This document shows, in pieces, positions 39,894-51,795 of a stretch of 64,000 bases of DNA. The notes under the pieces were generated by a model. The model was not told the DNA's origin, did not search any database, and saw only the letters and a program-made list of their open reading frames with translations. The stretch is from Octopus sinensis. Its lineage: Eukaryota. The position numbers and the translations under genes were made by a program. Each line of letters starts with the position of its first letter. Positions within the stretch are counted from its first letter, which is position 1. The DNA lies in contig NC_043014.1 in the NCBI RefSeq assembly GCF_006345805.1, forward strand, positions 38,316,001 through 38,380,000, read 5' to 3'.

Positions 39894-40444
39894 TACTGTA
39901 TTTTAACTTGTATAAGGAACCCACCTAATTGTTTTGGCTTATAATTTGAAAAAAAAAGGTATTGTAAAAGATTATAGTACTATCCATGTATAAGAAACTC
40001 CCATATTTTTTAAACCTAATTTTTGACAAAAAAAGGGTTGCTTATACAAGTTAAAATACCGCCATTTTCCTGCTTATCTTAAAAATGTATGAAAATGAAA
40101 AAGAAAACTACCGAAGTAAACAAGAGTTATGTACCCTTGTAAAAGACATTAAACAACTTTTGCATTACGTTTCATTGTTTTAGCTTCAAGAAAATACTTG
40201 TTATGCCTTTCTTTCTCGTCTGGTCTAAAAGGAGTTCCCACCATGACCATCCCATCTTTTAATGTATCCAGTAGTATTTTTAAGTGTGTCATTTCCGTTA
40301 TTTATTATTATTTTTTTAAAGACAATAAACTATGATATATGAGCGAGGACTGGTTGCTATTTTTAGTAGATCGAGCGCATCCGGTAACAGATGGACTATC
40401 AAAATAATAATAATTCTTTCTACTATAGGCACAAGGCCTGCAAT

Positions 40445-40930
40445 TTTGTGGGAGGGAAATTAGTCGATTACATCTACCCCAGTGTTTCACTGGTACTCAA
40501 ATTAATCGACTCCACAAAGGATGAAAGGTAAAGTCGACCTCGACGGAATTTGGACTCAGAACGTAGCGATGGGTGAAATTGCGCTAAGCATTTCGCCCGG
40601 CACGTTAACGATTCTTATTTCTTTATTGCCCACAAGGGTCTAACCTACAGGGGACAAACAAGGACAGACAAAGGTATTATGTTGATTACATCGACCCCAG
40701 TGCGTAACTGGTACTTAATTTATCGACCTCGAAAGGATGAAAGGCAAAGTCGACCTCGGCGGAATTTGAACTCAGAATGTAACGGCAGACGAATTACCTA
40801 TTTCTTTACTACCCACATGGGGCTAAACACAGAGAGGACAAACAAGGGCAGACAAACGGATTAAGTCGATTACATCGACCCCAGTGCGTAACTGGTACTT
40901 AATTTATCGACCCCGAAAGGATGAAAGGCA
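40445..40930 (-). mobile_element. SINE family B, head-to-tail trimer (partial copies)
   Basis: Three consecutive 'gattacatcgaccccagtgcgtaactggtac'-type modules. Confidence 0.8.
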
Positions 40931-41944
40931 ATAAAGAAATAAGAATCATTAAGACACCAGCTATTCATTAGCAATTTGTCATCAATGTTTTTACTTTACC
41001 TTAAGGGTGGCGAACTGGCAGAATCGTTAGCACGCCAGGCAAAATCATTAGCGGCATTTCGTCCATCTTTACGTTCTGAGTTCAATTTCCGCCAAGGACG
41101 ATTTTGGCATTCATCCTTTGTGGGATCACCAAAAAGTAGCAGTTGAGCATTTCGGTTGATATAATCGACTTAATCTCTTCCCTGAAATTGCTGGCATTGC
41201 ACCAAAATTTAAAATTAGTATACTGTTTTACCTTACTACTCGCCTTTGATCTTGGTCAAATCAGTATAGCTCAGAATGACCTGAGATGGACAATTTCAGA
41301 TCCTATTTGTAAATAAAATGATTTACGATTTTAGGAGAAACGAAGTTCCATAATTAGCAGGGAAAATATAATTCGATTTCATTATGAGGCTCAGATTTGA
41401 TTAAAAGAATAGCTGGAATAACATTTATTTCTAGGTATCTTATTTCAAGCGAATCCAAAGATTCAGTTTTGAGCATATAAATGGGTGTGTGTGTGTTTGT
41501 GTTTGTCCCCAACATCGCTTGACAACCAATGCTGGTGTGTTTACGTCTCCATAACTTAGCGGTTCGGCAAAAGAGACCGATAGAATACTGTTGATAACAA
41601 TAGCTAATGTTTTTTTTTTTGAAATTAGATATAACCATCTCCATTATTCCAAGTCAATAAAATATATATATATAATGTAAGGGGAATAACTCTTTTGAAC
41701 ATCGAAATTCACGTAAACTATATATGCTACTTCAGGCGGTTATGCTGGCAGAACCGTTACTGCACCGAACAAAATGCATAGGGACATTTCTTCCAACTTT
41801 ACTTTTTATCCTTTTGGGGTTGATAAAATAAGTACCAGTGGACATTGGGTTCCTTGTAATAAACTTCCACACTCCTGAAATTTACTGGCCAAGAAAGGCT
41901 CAATAATTAACACGTTAGTTTTTCCACTCTTCCATGAAACGAAA

Positions 41945-42140
41945 AGCTCTGCGTCCAGCCAATTATTACAGTTCTTAGCTATCTTCTATTTAAAGATCAG
42001 CCCCCTTCTGAAGTAAGCGTTCATCCCATCTTTTCCTTCAGCAGGCTCCTTGACTTGGAACATTCATCACTTCTTCATACAACTATCATCTCTCAATGAT
42101 CATCACACTCAGACCAGCTTAGTCACCTCTATTACACATT
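41945..42140 (-). mobile_element. Highly decayed RTE 3' relic
   Basis: Fragments RLSW..., DDSCMKK and RKRWDE with stops and frameshifts on the minus strand. Confidence 0.4.
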
Positions 42141-42185
42141 ACATCTCATTCATCTAATAGCTATTTGTTCTGTCAGCTCATTCTG

Positions 42186-43206
42186 TGGAGCTACTTTGGC
42201 GTGTGATCTACAATTTAAAGGGCGATTACTTTAGGTTACTTTTCAATTTCTAAAAACTCTTAAGATGTTGGCTAAATAATTTTACAATGTGTTCAGCAAA
42301 CGAGATGAAGGCAGTTGCACTTTTACAAAGAAATGGCCTTTTAGATGATGAAGAAAGTGTTGCATCATGTCATCAGTGAGGCGGAGAAATGAAGGAAGCT
42401 GAAAGAGAAGGGTCACACGGTGAAATTTTGCAAAACTTGCGGCTGCCACACTTCTGTGACCTACACGCTTATTCTAATTATTATATTGCTTATTCTTGGT
42501 TCCTTATTATCATTTACTAAGACATAAACGAAACATGGTTTTATCTATATAAATAAAACTGTAGTTGTGTGAGTGTCTGTCCCCTTCGATTTAGATTCCT
42601 AACTACTCCCACATTTTGCGGTGCAGTTTAACCAAATTCGGGTATCTTATAGTCGTAATTCATATCGGGCCCGTCTGGCTATTAGCGCGCGTCTACGATT
42701 TTAAAAATAATTTAACATCATTTTTTATTCCATTTTAATGCATATTTTTTCGTGTGTCGATGGCGGCGGAGTTGGCGTCCATGGTCACACCTGCACCTGT
42801 GTTTGCTTCTCCCCCTTCTTCCCTCCCTCGTGAAGCTGTGGGGAAGGGAGTTTAAGGAAATCAACGTCGTAAAGCGTTGTCAAGGAGACCAGCGTTCTTT
42901 TAGAACAACGACTTCATGGCTTGAAGACACCAAAACAGAAATGGCTAAGAAAGCCCGAATTGGCATCTATAAGGGAAGTAACTCTCTAAAAATGCTTATA
43001 TAGTTATTTCCCTTACAAACCCGATAACGCCGGGCGATACTGCTAGTTATTATTAAAATGGTAAGAATTTTGAAAAGAACACATTTACAATGCTATGTAT
43101 AAAAGTATTTAAAAAATTTAGAAATTGAAAACTAAAAAGTAACTGAAACTAATCTCCCTTTAAACAGTAGACCCACCACAACGCCAAATAGCCCCCATTT
43201 TGTACC
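42186..43206 (+). mobile_element. Decayed Merlin-like DNA transposon split by a Helitron
   Basis: About 70-bp imperfect TIRs; the right end reads GGTAC on the minus strand. Relic AVALLQRNGLL...SCHQ*GGEM resembles an ISXO2/Merlin N-terminal zinc ribbon. Confidence 0.5.
42544..43046 (+). mobile_element. Non-autonomous Helitron
   Basis: A|TC 5' end, subterminal hairpin cccg...cggg, CTAG|T 3' end, no TSD; three copies in the window. Confidence 0.8.
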
Positions 43207-43237
43207 CTGTCGTTTGTCCATACAGAGTAACCTTCTA

Positions 43238-44118
43238 CATAGGGTTACCCAAAAGAAACTGGGATTTTGCAATATTATCTATTCACTTAGTTTTACATGA
43301 TTACACTTATATCACCTCCAAAGTATTCTCCATTTGAAGTAATGCATTTGTGCAGATGTGTTTTCCATTGTTCAAAGCAGTGCTGGAACTCTTGTGAAAT
43401 AATGCCTTTTAGCACCTTTGTTGTTTTTTCCCCCCTCACATCTGCAAATTCCATAGTACCAGTGATGACCTTCGAAAAAAGGTCAACTTCCAACTGTTCT
43501 CTCAGTTCACAACATGCATACAGTTATGACAGCTTTTGATCTTCTGTGAGCAAGCAAGGTACAAATTTTGCTGCAACTTTTTTCATTTGCAATTCCTAGC
43601 TCAAAATTTGTTGGCAGGAGATCCAGGACACACCAGTCATATCAACAAGTGCATCAATTGTTCGGTGACAGTCCTCCAAAATCAGCTCGTGAATTTACAT
43701 AATGTTTTCATTCGTTCAGGAGGTCGATGGTCGTCCTGAACAAGGTTGGTCTTCAAGTGACAAGTGAACGTTTCTAAAGCTTGGAAACCACTCGTAAACT
43801 TGTGTTTTGCTCAAGGCAGCATCCTTGTAAGCTGCTTGAAGCTTGACAACTGTTTTGGTCATCGTTTACCCCAGCAGAAAACAGAATTTCACGGAAACAC
43901 GTGATTCTTTTGTTTCAGCTATAGCAAAAATCGATGAAATGGGGAGAGCACTGCAAAACAAAGACGCACTACGTGGCAGTAGGACTACACTGACGATGCC
44001 AGTCGGCAAACTGATGATGCCTGAGGGTCGCATCAAGTGACTTCTAGCAGCGGAATACTGAACTACTGTGAGTTTGTCCTACATAGAACGTTTTTGGTTA
44101 CTTTTGGGTAGCCCCTCG
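43238..44118 (-). mobile_element. Internally deleted mariner transposon
   Basis: TIRs catagggttacccaaaag / cttttgggtagcccctcg between TA dinucleotides. Minus-strand relics SGRPSTS, KKVAAKFVP and FQHCFEQWKTHLHKCITSNGEYFGGD. Confidence 0.85.
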
Positions 44119-45844
44119 TATATCCAGCAGAGTATACTGGCATCATTTCTTTCCAGCCTTCACACCTTCTCTACATTCACAGACCAGGTTTTGCTGCCAA
44201 GCGATAATACAGACTGTGAGTGCTTGTTTATGTTTGTGTCTCCTAGTCTTGACACCATTTGGTCGCTGTAAATGAGCATCACTGTGATACAAACAGTGTC
44301 ATTCATTTCCATTATTCTACAGCGACATGTTTGCCTATGGGGGAACTATTACCTTACATGGAAACAGGTAAGGTTCGGCAACAGGAAGGATATCCAGCTG
44401 AAGAAAGTCTGATACACATACTTTATATAACTTGCCCTTTTCTCAAAGGGATAAGTTTTTGCTGCAGGAAGGATTCTCTTTCTCTGATTGAAGTGCAGAA
44501 AATGTGATTATATTTGAGAAGCAGTTCATTTTGAAACCTATGACAAAGGCAAACAAATTGATAAGAAATCCCAGTCAGTGGCAACCACAGTGAAAATGAG
44601 TGACATATGTAACCCACGACTGGTGCTCCAGGATGGCCATATTTACAACAAACATAAATGGGATGAAAATGCACACCTATACAGTGTTTCAGTGTATTGA
44701 GTTCAAAGTGATTGAAATATATTCCAGCTACTCTAAGGACATTATATACATATATATATATATATACACACACTCACAACCAAAAGAGCTACTAATAGTT
44801 TAATGTTTGTATGATATTTCAACATGCATATTTAGAAAATATGCCGTGTACATTAAACAGAGGCTGAAATATTGCATTAAGGTACATGACATATTTTATA
44901 AAGATGCCTGTTCAAGTATAAAACCATTAGTAGCTCTTTCAGTTGTGTATTTAAATTGAAATTTATCTATCACTGGATGGAGTATTTTTTTGTTGATTCT
45001 ACCTCTAGTGGATCTTAAACTGTATATATATACATACATATACATACATACATACGAGGGATGACCTGTAAGTGAACATCCATTATGCTAGAAGAAGATC
45101 CGCTAAGGTCTTACCACTGGTTTTAAATTGATATTAATCAAATTAATATTCAATTTTTCACCCTTATGATTTTAAATTTATATATATATATATATATATA
45201 TTAGTTCTGGATAAGAGTGACAACAAAGTGCAGGGCTACTATGAGAATGGTTTTGTATCTCCTTCCTGGCATATGTGTTGACAGCAAAAACACTTAAATG
45301 AATTTACTTGTTGGTTGAGTTTGCATAACTGTAAACAACATTGACAGAAGAAAACTTTGCTACATTAAGTAGCTGGTAAAAATAAATTATTGACTGTGTG
45401 GTAACCATGCCGTTCCCCTCTACAAAATTCCATATATAATGTACGGTTCAGCCCAAAGCTTTGGTAGAAATAGAATATACTTGCTCAAGATGTTGCAAAG
45501 TAGAATCAAATCTTTTTCGTGTAAACACATTGAATATGGGCTGAGGAAGTGGACAGAAAGACAGAGCCAAAGCAGTGTGACGGCCAGTTTGAGAAGGGAA
45601 ACCATCTGCCCTGCATGAGAATGTGAAGATGTATGTATGATAATTTATATGTTCAAAATATATCCAGATGGATATATTCTGAAATTTGAATAATTGCAAT
45701 ATTGCAATACACAGAAGTAGACACACCAATGTGGCAATCTTTGTATTTTGAACATTACTTTTGTTTTTTACCAGCTTGCCACCTTAAACTTAATAATGAT
45801 AACAAGAAAAACAAAGAAACTGGACAATTATGAATAATATTGCG

Positions 45845-46029
45845 CTATTTCAAATCAAAGATATCTGTTAGGTAGCTCTGCAATTTGCCAGTATCTTCAA
45901 GAAGTAACATATCTTGTACAGCTGATGGAAGAGCCATGCTATTGATGAAGTCTTTGTTGTATGTATTCTGATTTCTTAGAACGTGGATCAGTTTTAATCG
46001 ACTTAAATGTGATAAGGTGTTGCAGTTTT
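45845..46029 (-). CDS. ASB3/ASB2-like, terminal exon E (SOCS box)
   Basis: Long polypyrimidine acceptor tttttcacag|AA, phase 1. Translates NCNTLSHLSRLKLIHVLRNQNTYNKDFINSMALPSAVQDMLLLEDTGKLQSYLTDIFDLK with TAG at 45847-45845. SOCS-box-like pattern LxHLxR...LP. Confidence 0.87.
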
Positions 46030-46235
46030 CTGTGAAAAAGAAAAAAAAAAAAAATATTAAAATTAACAAAAATAAAGGGATTGAGAAAAATAAAAAAATG
46101 GGATAAAAAGAGAAAATTTCAATAACAAATATAATCTCATAATTTACTTGATGTAGAGTGGTCATAGACATCATTGTATGATTAAGAAGTTTGCCTTATA
46201 ACCACATGATCCCAAGTTCAATTCCACAGTACTGC

Positions 46236-46925
46236 ACATCATCATCCTTTAGCATCTGCTTTCCATGCTAGCATGGGTTGGACGGTTCAACTGGGGTCTG
46301 GGAAGCCAGAAGGCTGCACCAGACTCCAATCTGATCTGGCAATGTTTCTACGGCTGAATGCCCTTCCTAATGCCAACCACTCCATGAGTGTAGTGGGTGC
46401 TCTTACGTGCCAGACGAGGCTGGCAAACGGCCATGATCGGATGGTGCTTTTTACGTGCCACCGGCATGGGGGCCAGGCAAGGCTGGCAATGGCCACGATC
46501 GGATGGTGCTTTTTACGTGCCACCGGCATGAGGCCAGTCAGGGCGGCGCTGGCAACGGCCACATTCGGATGGTTTTCTTACGTACCACCGGCACTGGTAT
46601 CACAGCTGCAATTTCCATTGATGTTGATCGATTTCGATTTTGATTTTCACTTGCCTCCCAAGAAGGAAAGGTATGCATAAGTGGACTGGCTACACCCCAG
46701 GTAGAGGCCACGGGTTATAGTCTCACTTATCCTGCCGGGTCTTCTCACACACAGCATACTTCCAAAGGTCTCGATCTCTAGTCATTTCCTCAGTGAGACC
46801 TAAAGTTCAAAGGTCATGCTTCACCACCTCGTCCCAGGTTTTCTTGGGTCTGCCTCTTCCACAACCGCTAGGGTGTGGCACTTTTTCACACAATTACCTT
46901 CATCCATTCTCGCCACATGACCATC
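46236..46925 (-). mobile_element. 5'-truncated RTE LINE: ORF C-terminus, long 3' UTR with internal tandem repeats, (GAT)n tail
   Basis: Minus strand GHVARMDEGNCVKKCH...GRGRPKKTWDEVVKHDL..LGLTEEMTRDRDLWKYAV, continuous with a UTR containing repeated 'gtgctttttacgtgccaccggca' units and ending at catcatcatc (46238). Confidence 0.8.
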
Positions 46926-47123
46926 TTGTATAAATATCTTCTACCATAGCCTTGGGTTGACCAAAGACTTGTGAGTAAAATTTAATGAAAGGAAATGATG
47001 TGGAAAACTATGAAATGGACTGAGAATACAAATGGTTGACTGGAAGAGTCAATGATGATCCAGAGGAAAGGTAGGCGACTCATACTCTGCCCTATCAGCA
47101 TCAAATATCAGTGGTTATGACAT

Positions 47124-47338
47124 TTAACTCGTTAGCATTCAGATTGCTTTGTCAAATGTAATGCTTATTTATTTGCATTGCTTTGAATTTATCATGCACT
47201 ATCTTGCAGCTTCGAGATTCGATGGTGTGATTATTAATTTTTAGCATGACATTGTACGGTAGGTTGTGAGAGACCAGATCTGAAGATAAAACAGAATATT
47301 TTGGCTGGAAATGGCCAGATGAAATGCTAAAGGGTTAA
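47124..47338. mobile_element. TTAA-flanked MITE (piggyBac-like)
   Basis: ttaactcgttagcattc...aatgctaaagggttaa; related copies at 49613-49856, 49853-50368 (split by an RTE copy) and 55703-55926. Confidence 0.6.
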
Positions 47339-48322
47339 CTCACAAGAAAAACAAAAAAAAGTTTTTTTAATTAGCTCCAGAACTGTAAACTACTTACGTA
47401 ATGTATTAATAATAATCATAGTTTCTAATCTTGGCATAGACCTATAAACTTTGGCCAAGAAGTATTACAGTACATTAAACTAGACTCAGTACTTGACTTT
47501 ATTCATTTCTGAAGTATGGAAAGCAGTCTGTATCAAATGTAAAGAGAAGTGACTATTGCAAAGCACTTTGTCCACTGCTCAAGGTGTGTAGTGGATTTTA
47601 GCTCAAAACCAATGGATTGGTAACCTAAAATCATAAATGACATTCAGAGCTTTTCATTTCCTATAGTTTTCTACGGTAACGTGAGTAAACCTGGTTTACT
47701 GACTTCCTTTGCTGGTCAACTGCTTGTTTTAAAACTCCTGTCAGCTTGACTGAGGATGGTAAGATAGTTAGTAACACTATTTAGGCGAGAGATGAAGTGG
47801 TTATAGGAAGAATTTTTCAGGAGATGATTTGCAGATGGCGCTCGGAGGATCATCTAACACTCCAATCATGAGGTTGTAGCTATCATAGCCCCTACTTCCT
47901 ACAAGAACCTTCATACAAGTATACAAAACATTAAGATATAACAATAAACATTATAAAACTGGAGACCAGAAAACAATTTTCTCCTGTGCCTACCTCTCTC
48001 TCTTTCGGAGAGGCACAAGCACCTACACGCACATATACACACACGGCAGTAACTTCCGCCTGCCGAATTCAATCACAAAGCTTCGGTCGGCTCAGGGCTA
48101 TAGCGGAAGACACCTACCCAAAGTGCCATGCAGTGAGACTGAACCCGAAACCATGTAGCTAGGAAGCAAGCTCCCTAACCACACAGCCATGCCGGTGATT
48201 ATTTTGTTGTCATATTTCTACACTAATGTGTTGTTTTTCAGAGACAAAAGGAGATTGTGTATGAGAGATAGAAAGAGAGAGAGAGAGAGGTATGAGAAAG
48301 AAGGATTGTGAGTGAGAGATAG

Positions 48323-48356
<34 letters not shown>

Positions 48357-48388
48357 AGTATATTTTTGATTAAAGTAAAAATACTTAC

Positions 48389-49113
48389 TGCAAGTCTGTT
48401 TGACTGATTGCCACTCAGTATCTTCGAAGTATGTAGCAAATGATTCGTTGAGATTCGTTAGGGCACCACTTTTGAAAATCAACAAATTGAATATGATGTC
48501 AAAATGCATGAAGTGAAGACGATGGAAGCAGAGGAGGGATGCAATACTTTGTACAGTGAGAGACTCTGCTGATGGCTGTCTCTGAAATACCAGACAAGAT
48601 CTAACTTCAACCTTCTGCCTCAGCAGTAAAAGCAGGAACTTGCCAATGAATGTAGATGTGTGAACGCTTTGAGTCATGAGATCATTGTGTATTGCATAGA
48701 GGACTGTGAAGTTTCCGAAGACATTTGGATGATAGATGTTCGATTTGGCACCGTACTTCCAAAATAGTTTCAAACACTCTTCTCTCATCGTTTCAAAGGC
48801 TGCCATTATCGGTGGCATCAGGTTTTCACGAGGGTCATTCACTGGAAAGCCGTATTGTAGCAGGATTTCAATGCACTGCACATCAGAACATTCTAGAACT
48901 GCATAGCTGAGCAGTGGCACAGTTCGTGGGTAGACACGACCAGACGAAAGTTGGTATGTAACCGTGATATCAGTAGAAACATCATCTAACAATAGAAACT
49001 GTAAGATGCTCTGGTGAGAAAAATCCAGAGACAGGGGTAGGGGGAACCATTCAGAGAAGCATTTCTTGTGGATTTCTTCAATCTTAGTTACTTTGTACAG
49101 CAGCTTCACACAT
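48389..49113 (-). CDS. ASB3/ASB2-like, exon D (degenerate ankyrin repeats and pre-SOCS region)
   Basis: Acceptor ttccttttgctag|A and donor A|gtaagt; 725 bp open, phase 2/1. Runs CVKLLYKVT...CIEILLQYGFPVND...LKLFWKYGAKSNIY...YFEDTEWQSVKQTC. Overlaps the 299-aa ORF in the track. Confidence 0.88.
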
Positions 49114-49140
49114 CTAGCAAAAGGAAAGAAATATATGTAT

Positions 49141-49363
49141 TTAACCCTTTCATTACTGTATTTATTTTGAGATGCTCTGTGTTTCTTTCAATTACTTTAA
49201 ATATAACAAAGAATTTAGTAAACTAACTTTGTTATCATTAAGCTAGTGTTAGGAACATAAATTTTAACTAAGATTTGGTGGAAGATTTGAATTCAAAACT
49301 TATGAAAACAAGACATTTGTACTACTGAGCCAGAGTTGGCCGGGTTGGTAACAAAAGGGTTGA
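49141..49363. mobile_element. Second TTAA/CCC-ended MITE family, just upstream of the exon D acceptor
   Basis: ttaaccctttcattac...gtaacaaaagggttga. Confidence 0.5.
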
Positions 49364-49612
49364 GTAGATAACATTTTGAATAAAATAGTTGTAAGCTTTT
49401 CAGTGCAATATTTTTTCAATGAACAATTTATTGTAAACAGATTATCCATTAACAAAATAATATTTCAGTTAAAAAAACTCCCCTGTCCAAGTTGATGTGA
49501 AATATTATACTTTTAAGGAATAGCACAAAATCTCACTTCAATGTTCAGGCTCTACATAACCTATTTGTACACCCTTTCAATAATGGTTTGCTTTTGTAGG
49601 GGTAAAAAGTCT

Positions 49613-49856
49613 TTAACCCTTTAGTGTTTAAACTGGCCATATCAGGCCAAAATTGTCTGCCTGTTTTATGCTCAAACCAGCCAGCTCTGACATCTCACAC
49701 CTACCCTACAAAGTCATTCTAAAAATAAACAGGGTCATCATCAAAATCTCAGAGTTACAAGATGCTGTACAATTAATCTAAAACAATGTAATTAAATAGG
49801 CTTTACAATGTAATTAAATAGGCTTTGACAGGGTAATCTGAATGCTAAAGGGTTAA
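49613..49856. mobile_element. TTAA-flanked MITE (piggyBac-like)
   Basis: TTAA|CCCTTTAG...CTAAAGGG|TTAA. Confidence 0.65.
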
Positions 49857-50009
49857 ACCAGTGATATCCAGCCCAAATATTCTACTTGTTTTATCTTCAA
49901 ACTGGCCAGATCTGGCCTCTCACACCTACTCTACAAAGTCCTTCTAGAAATAACAATTACATTATCGAAATATTGAAACTACAAGATAATGCCTGATTAA
50001 TTAAAAACA

Positions 50010-50316
50010 ATGTGGCTGGCACGGCCACGATCGGATGGTGGTGGCACGTAACAAACACCATCCGATCGTGGCTGTTGCCAGCGCCGCCCGGACTGGCCTT
50101 TGGCACGTAAAAAGCACCATCCGAGCGTGGCCGTTCGCCAGCACCTTGTCTGGCACCTGTGTCGGTGGCACATAAAAAGCACCCACTACACTCACGGAGA
50201 GGTTGGCGTTAGGAAGGGCATCCAGCTGTAGAAACACCGCCAGATCTGAACCCCAGTTGAACCGTCCAACCCATGCTAGCATGGAAAGCGGATGTTAAAC
50301 GATGATGATGATGATG
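50010..50316 (+). mobile_element. RTE 3' UTR-only copy, inserted in a MITE
   Basis: Same repeat units and ...gttaaacgatgatgatg tail as 46236-46640. Further fragments at about 2035-2157, 7270-7470, 11560-11680, 54260-54570, 56925-57140, 57255-57345 and 59365-59575. Confidence 0.75.
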
Positions 50317-50599
50317 TGTGCATATAAACATTACATTAGACAGAATAATCTGAATGCTAAAGGGTTAAGCATGTAGTCAGCTATTGTTTTAAGTGCTGTT
50401 ACAGCTACTTAAACCTTCTATTCAATGAACAAACTTTCACAAAATCTCAGCTGTCTAGTGCAGTGTTATTTGTAGCATTAATTCTTTTTCCTCTACCCTC
50501 TCACATGCTTGATATATGTGTGTGTGTGTGTACATATATATATATTCTCTTATATGTTTAAGTCCAATGACTGTGGCCATGCTGGAGCACCGCCATTGT

Positions 50600-50812
50600 A
50601 ATCATCTTTCCACTTTCCACCTTTGTCGGAGCGGCTCTTGGTGAAAGGATGGAGTTCGATGCTACTGCCCTCTTTTGAGTTTCTTGCTTAGATGTTGGCT
50701 CATCCGGGATCTCGGCGAGCCAGAGGACAAGTTCACATTTGAAAATGTCTACATCCACTCCATAGAGGTTCCACAGATGCTTCGGCAGACAGTTAAACAG
50801 CTGTGGGCCCTA
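50600..50812 (-). mobile_element. CR1/L2/Crack-group LINE C-terminal relic (second lineage)
   Basis: GPQLFNCLPKHLWNLYGVDVDIFKCELVLWLAEIPDEPTSKQETQKRAVASNSI matches GPxLFNxLP...FKxxLDxxLxxIPDEP...SNS. Confidence 0.75.
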
Positions 50813-50821
50813 TATGTATGC

Positions 50822-51130
50822 ATATCACGTGATCACGTGACCGACCAGTCCATCAGATGTAGTTACACATCGCTGGTCACAATGCGTTCGCATTGTTTTA
50901 GCCTTCAAATGACGCCACCCCGCTGGCTAAGCGAGCAGGCCAACAGAAGAAAGAGTGGGAGAAAGAGTGGTGAAAGAGTACAGCAGGGATCACCACTTCC
51001 TGCCGGAGCTTCGTGGAGCTTTTAGGTGTTTTCGCTCAATAAACACTCACAACGCCCGGTCTGGGAATCGAAACTGCAATCCTACAACCACGAGTCCGCT
51101 GCCCTAACCACTGGGCCATTGCGCCTCCAC
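50822..51130 (-). mobile_element. SINE family C
   Basis: Homologous to 12985-13288. Confidence 0.82.
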
Positions 51131-51300
51131 ATGTATGCATTTATATATATATATATATCACAGGATCACGGGACCGACCAGACCATCAGATGTTGTTACA
51201 CATCGCTGGTCACAATGCGTTCGCATTGTTTTAGCCTTCAAATGACGCCACCCCACTGGCTAAGCGAGCAGGCCATATATATATATACATGTATACATAT

Positions 51301-51751
51301 ATATATTAAAAGTCAGGGTACAATATGTACCTGTTTGTTCGAAAGAAGAGTTAAAACTCTCCAGAACCATACATCTCTCACTATATGTAAACACATACAG
51401 AAAATGTAGCAGTTATACTTAGAAAAACGGTCGTTTTTAAAAATAGATTACATAGTAAGCCTAGCTGATGAGCTTTGAAGTGTCAATTTGGCACAGAAAG
51501 TGAAATCAATTGATACTGGGATATCTACTTTGTAGTTTTACAAATGGGGACGACTGCTTTTCTAAGTATATTTGCTACATTCTTCGTGCGTGTTTACATA
51601 TACTGAGAGATGCGTGGTTTTGGAGAGTTTTAACTCTTCTTTCTAGCAAACAGGTGCATATTGTACTCTGACTTTTAATATATATTTTGTCTATTTGGAT
51701 TGTTTGCTGGCCACTTTATCATTATTTTTTTTAAAGATAATGATAACTTAT

Positions 51752-51757
<6 letters not shown>
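51301..51757 (+). mobile_element. (TA)n-flanked fold-back element carrying a hammerhead (Penelope-like derivative)
   Basis: Arm 51301-51433 is an inverted copy of about 51550-51684; the hammerhead lies in the spacer; TA tracts on both sides. Confidence 0.65.
51460..51520 (+). ncRNA. Type I hammerhead ribozyme motif, intact core
   Basis: Stem I CCTAG/CTGGG; core CTGATGA at 51465-71; stem II GCTTT/AAAGT with inner GTGTCAA/TTGGCAC; GAAA; stem III within the palindrome ATCAATTGAT; ATA triplet at 51513-15. Confidence 0.8.

Positions 51758-51791
<34 letters not shown>

Positions 51792-51795
<4 letters not shown>

Noticed and set aside
39896-40061. Small TIR element (GTATTTTAACTTGTATAAG arms)
   Set aside because: The inverted arms are real, but the right-hand TA duplication is missing, so the superfamily cannot be assigned.
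48210-48388. C-terminal extension of the 299-aa ORF
   Set aside because: Read-through past a strong GTAAGT donor into (GA)/(GATA) repeats; the true frame continues in the SOCS exon.
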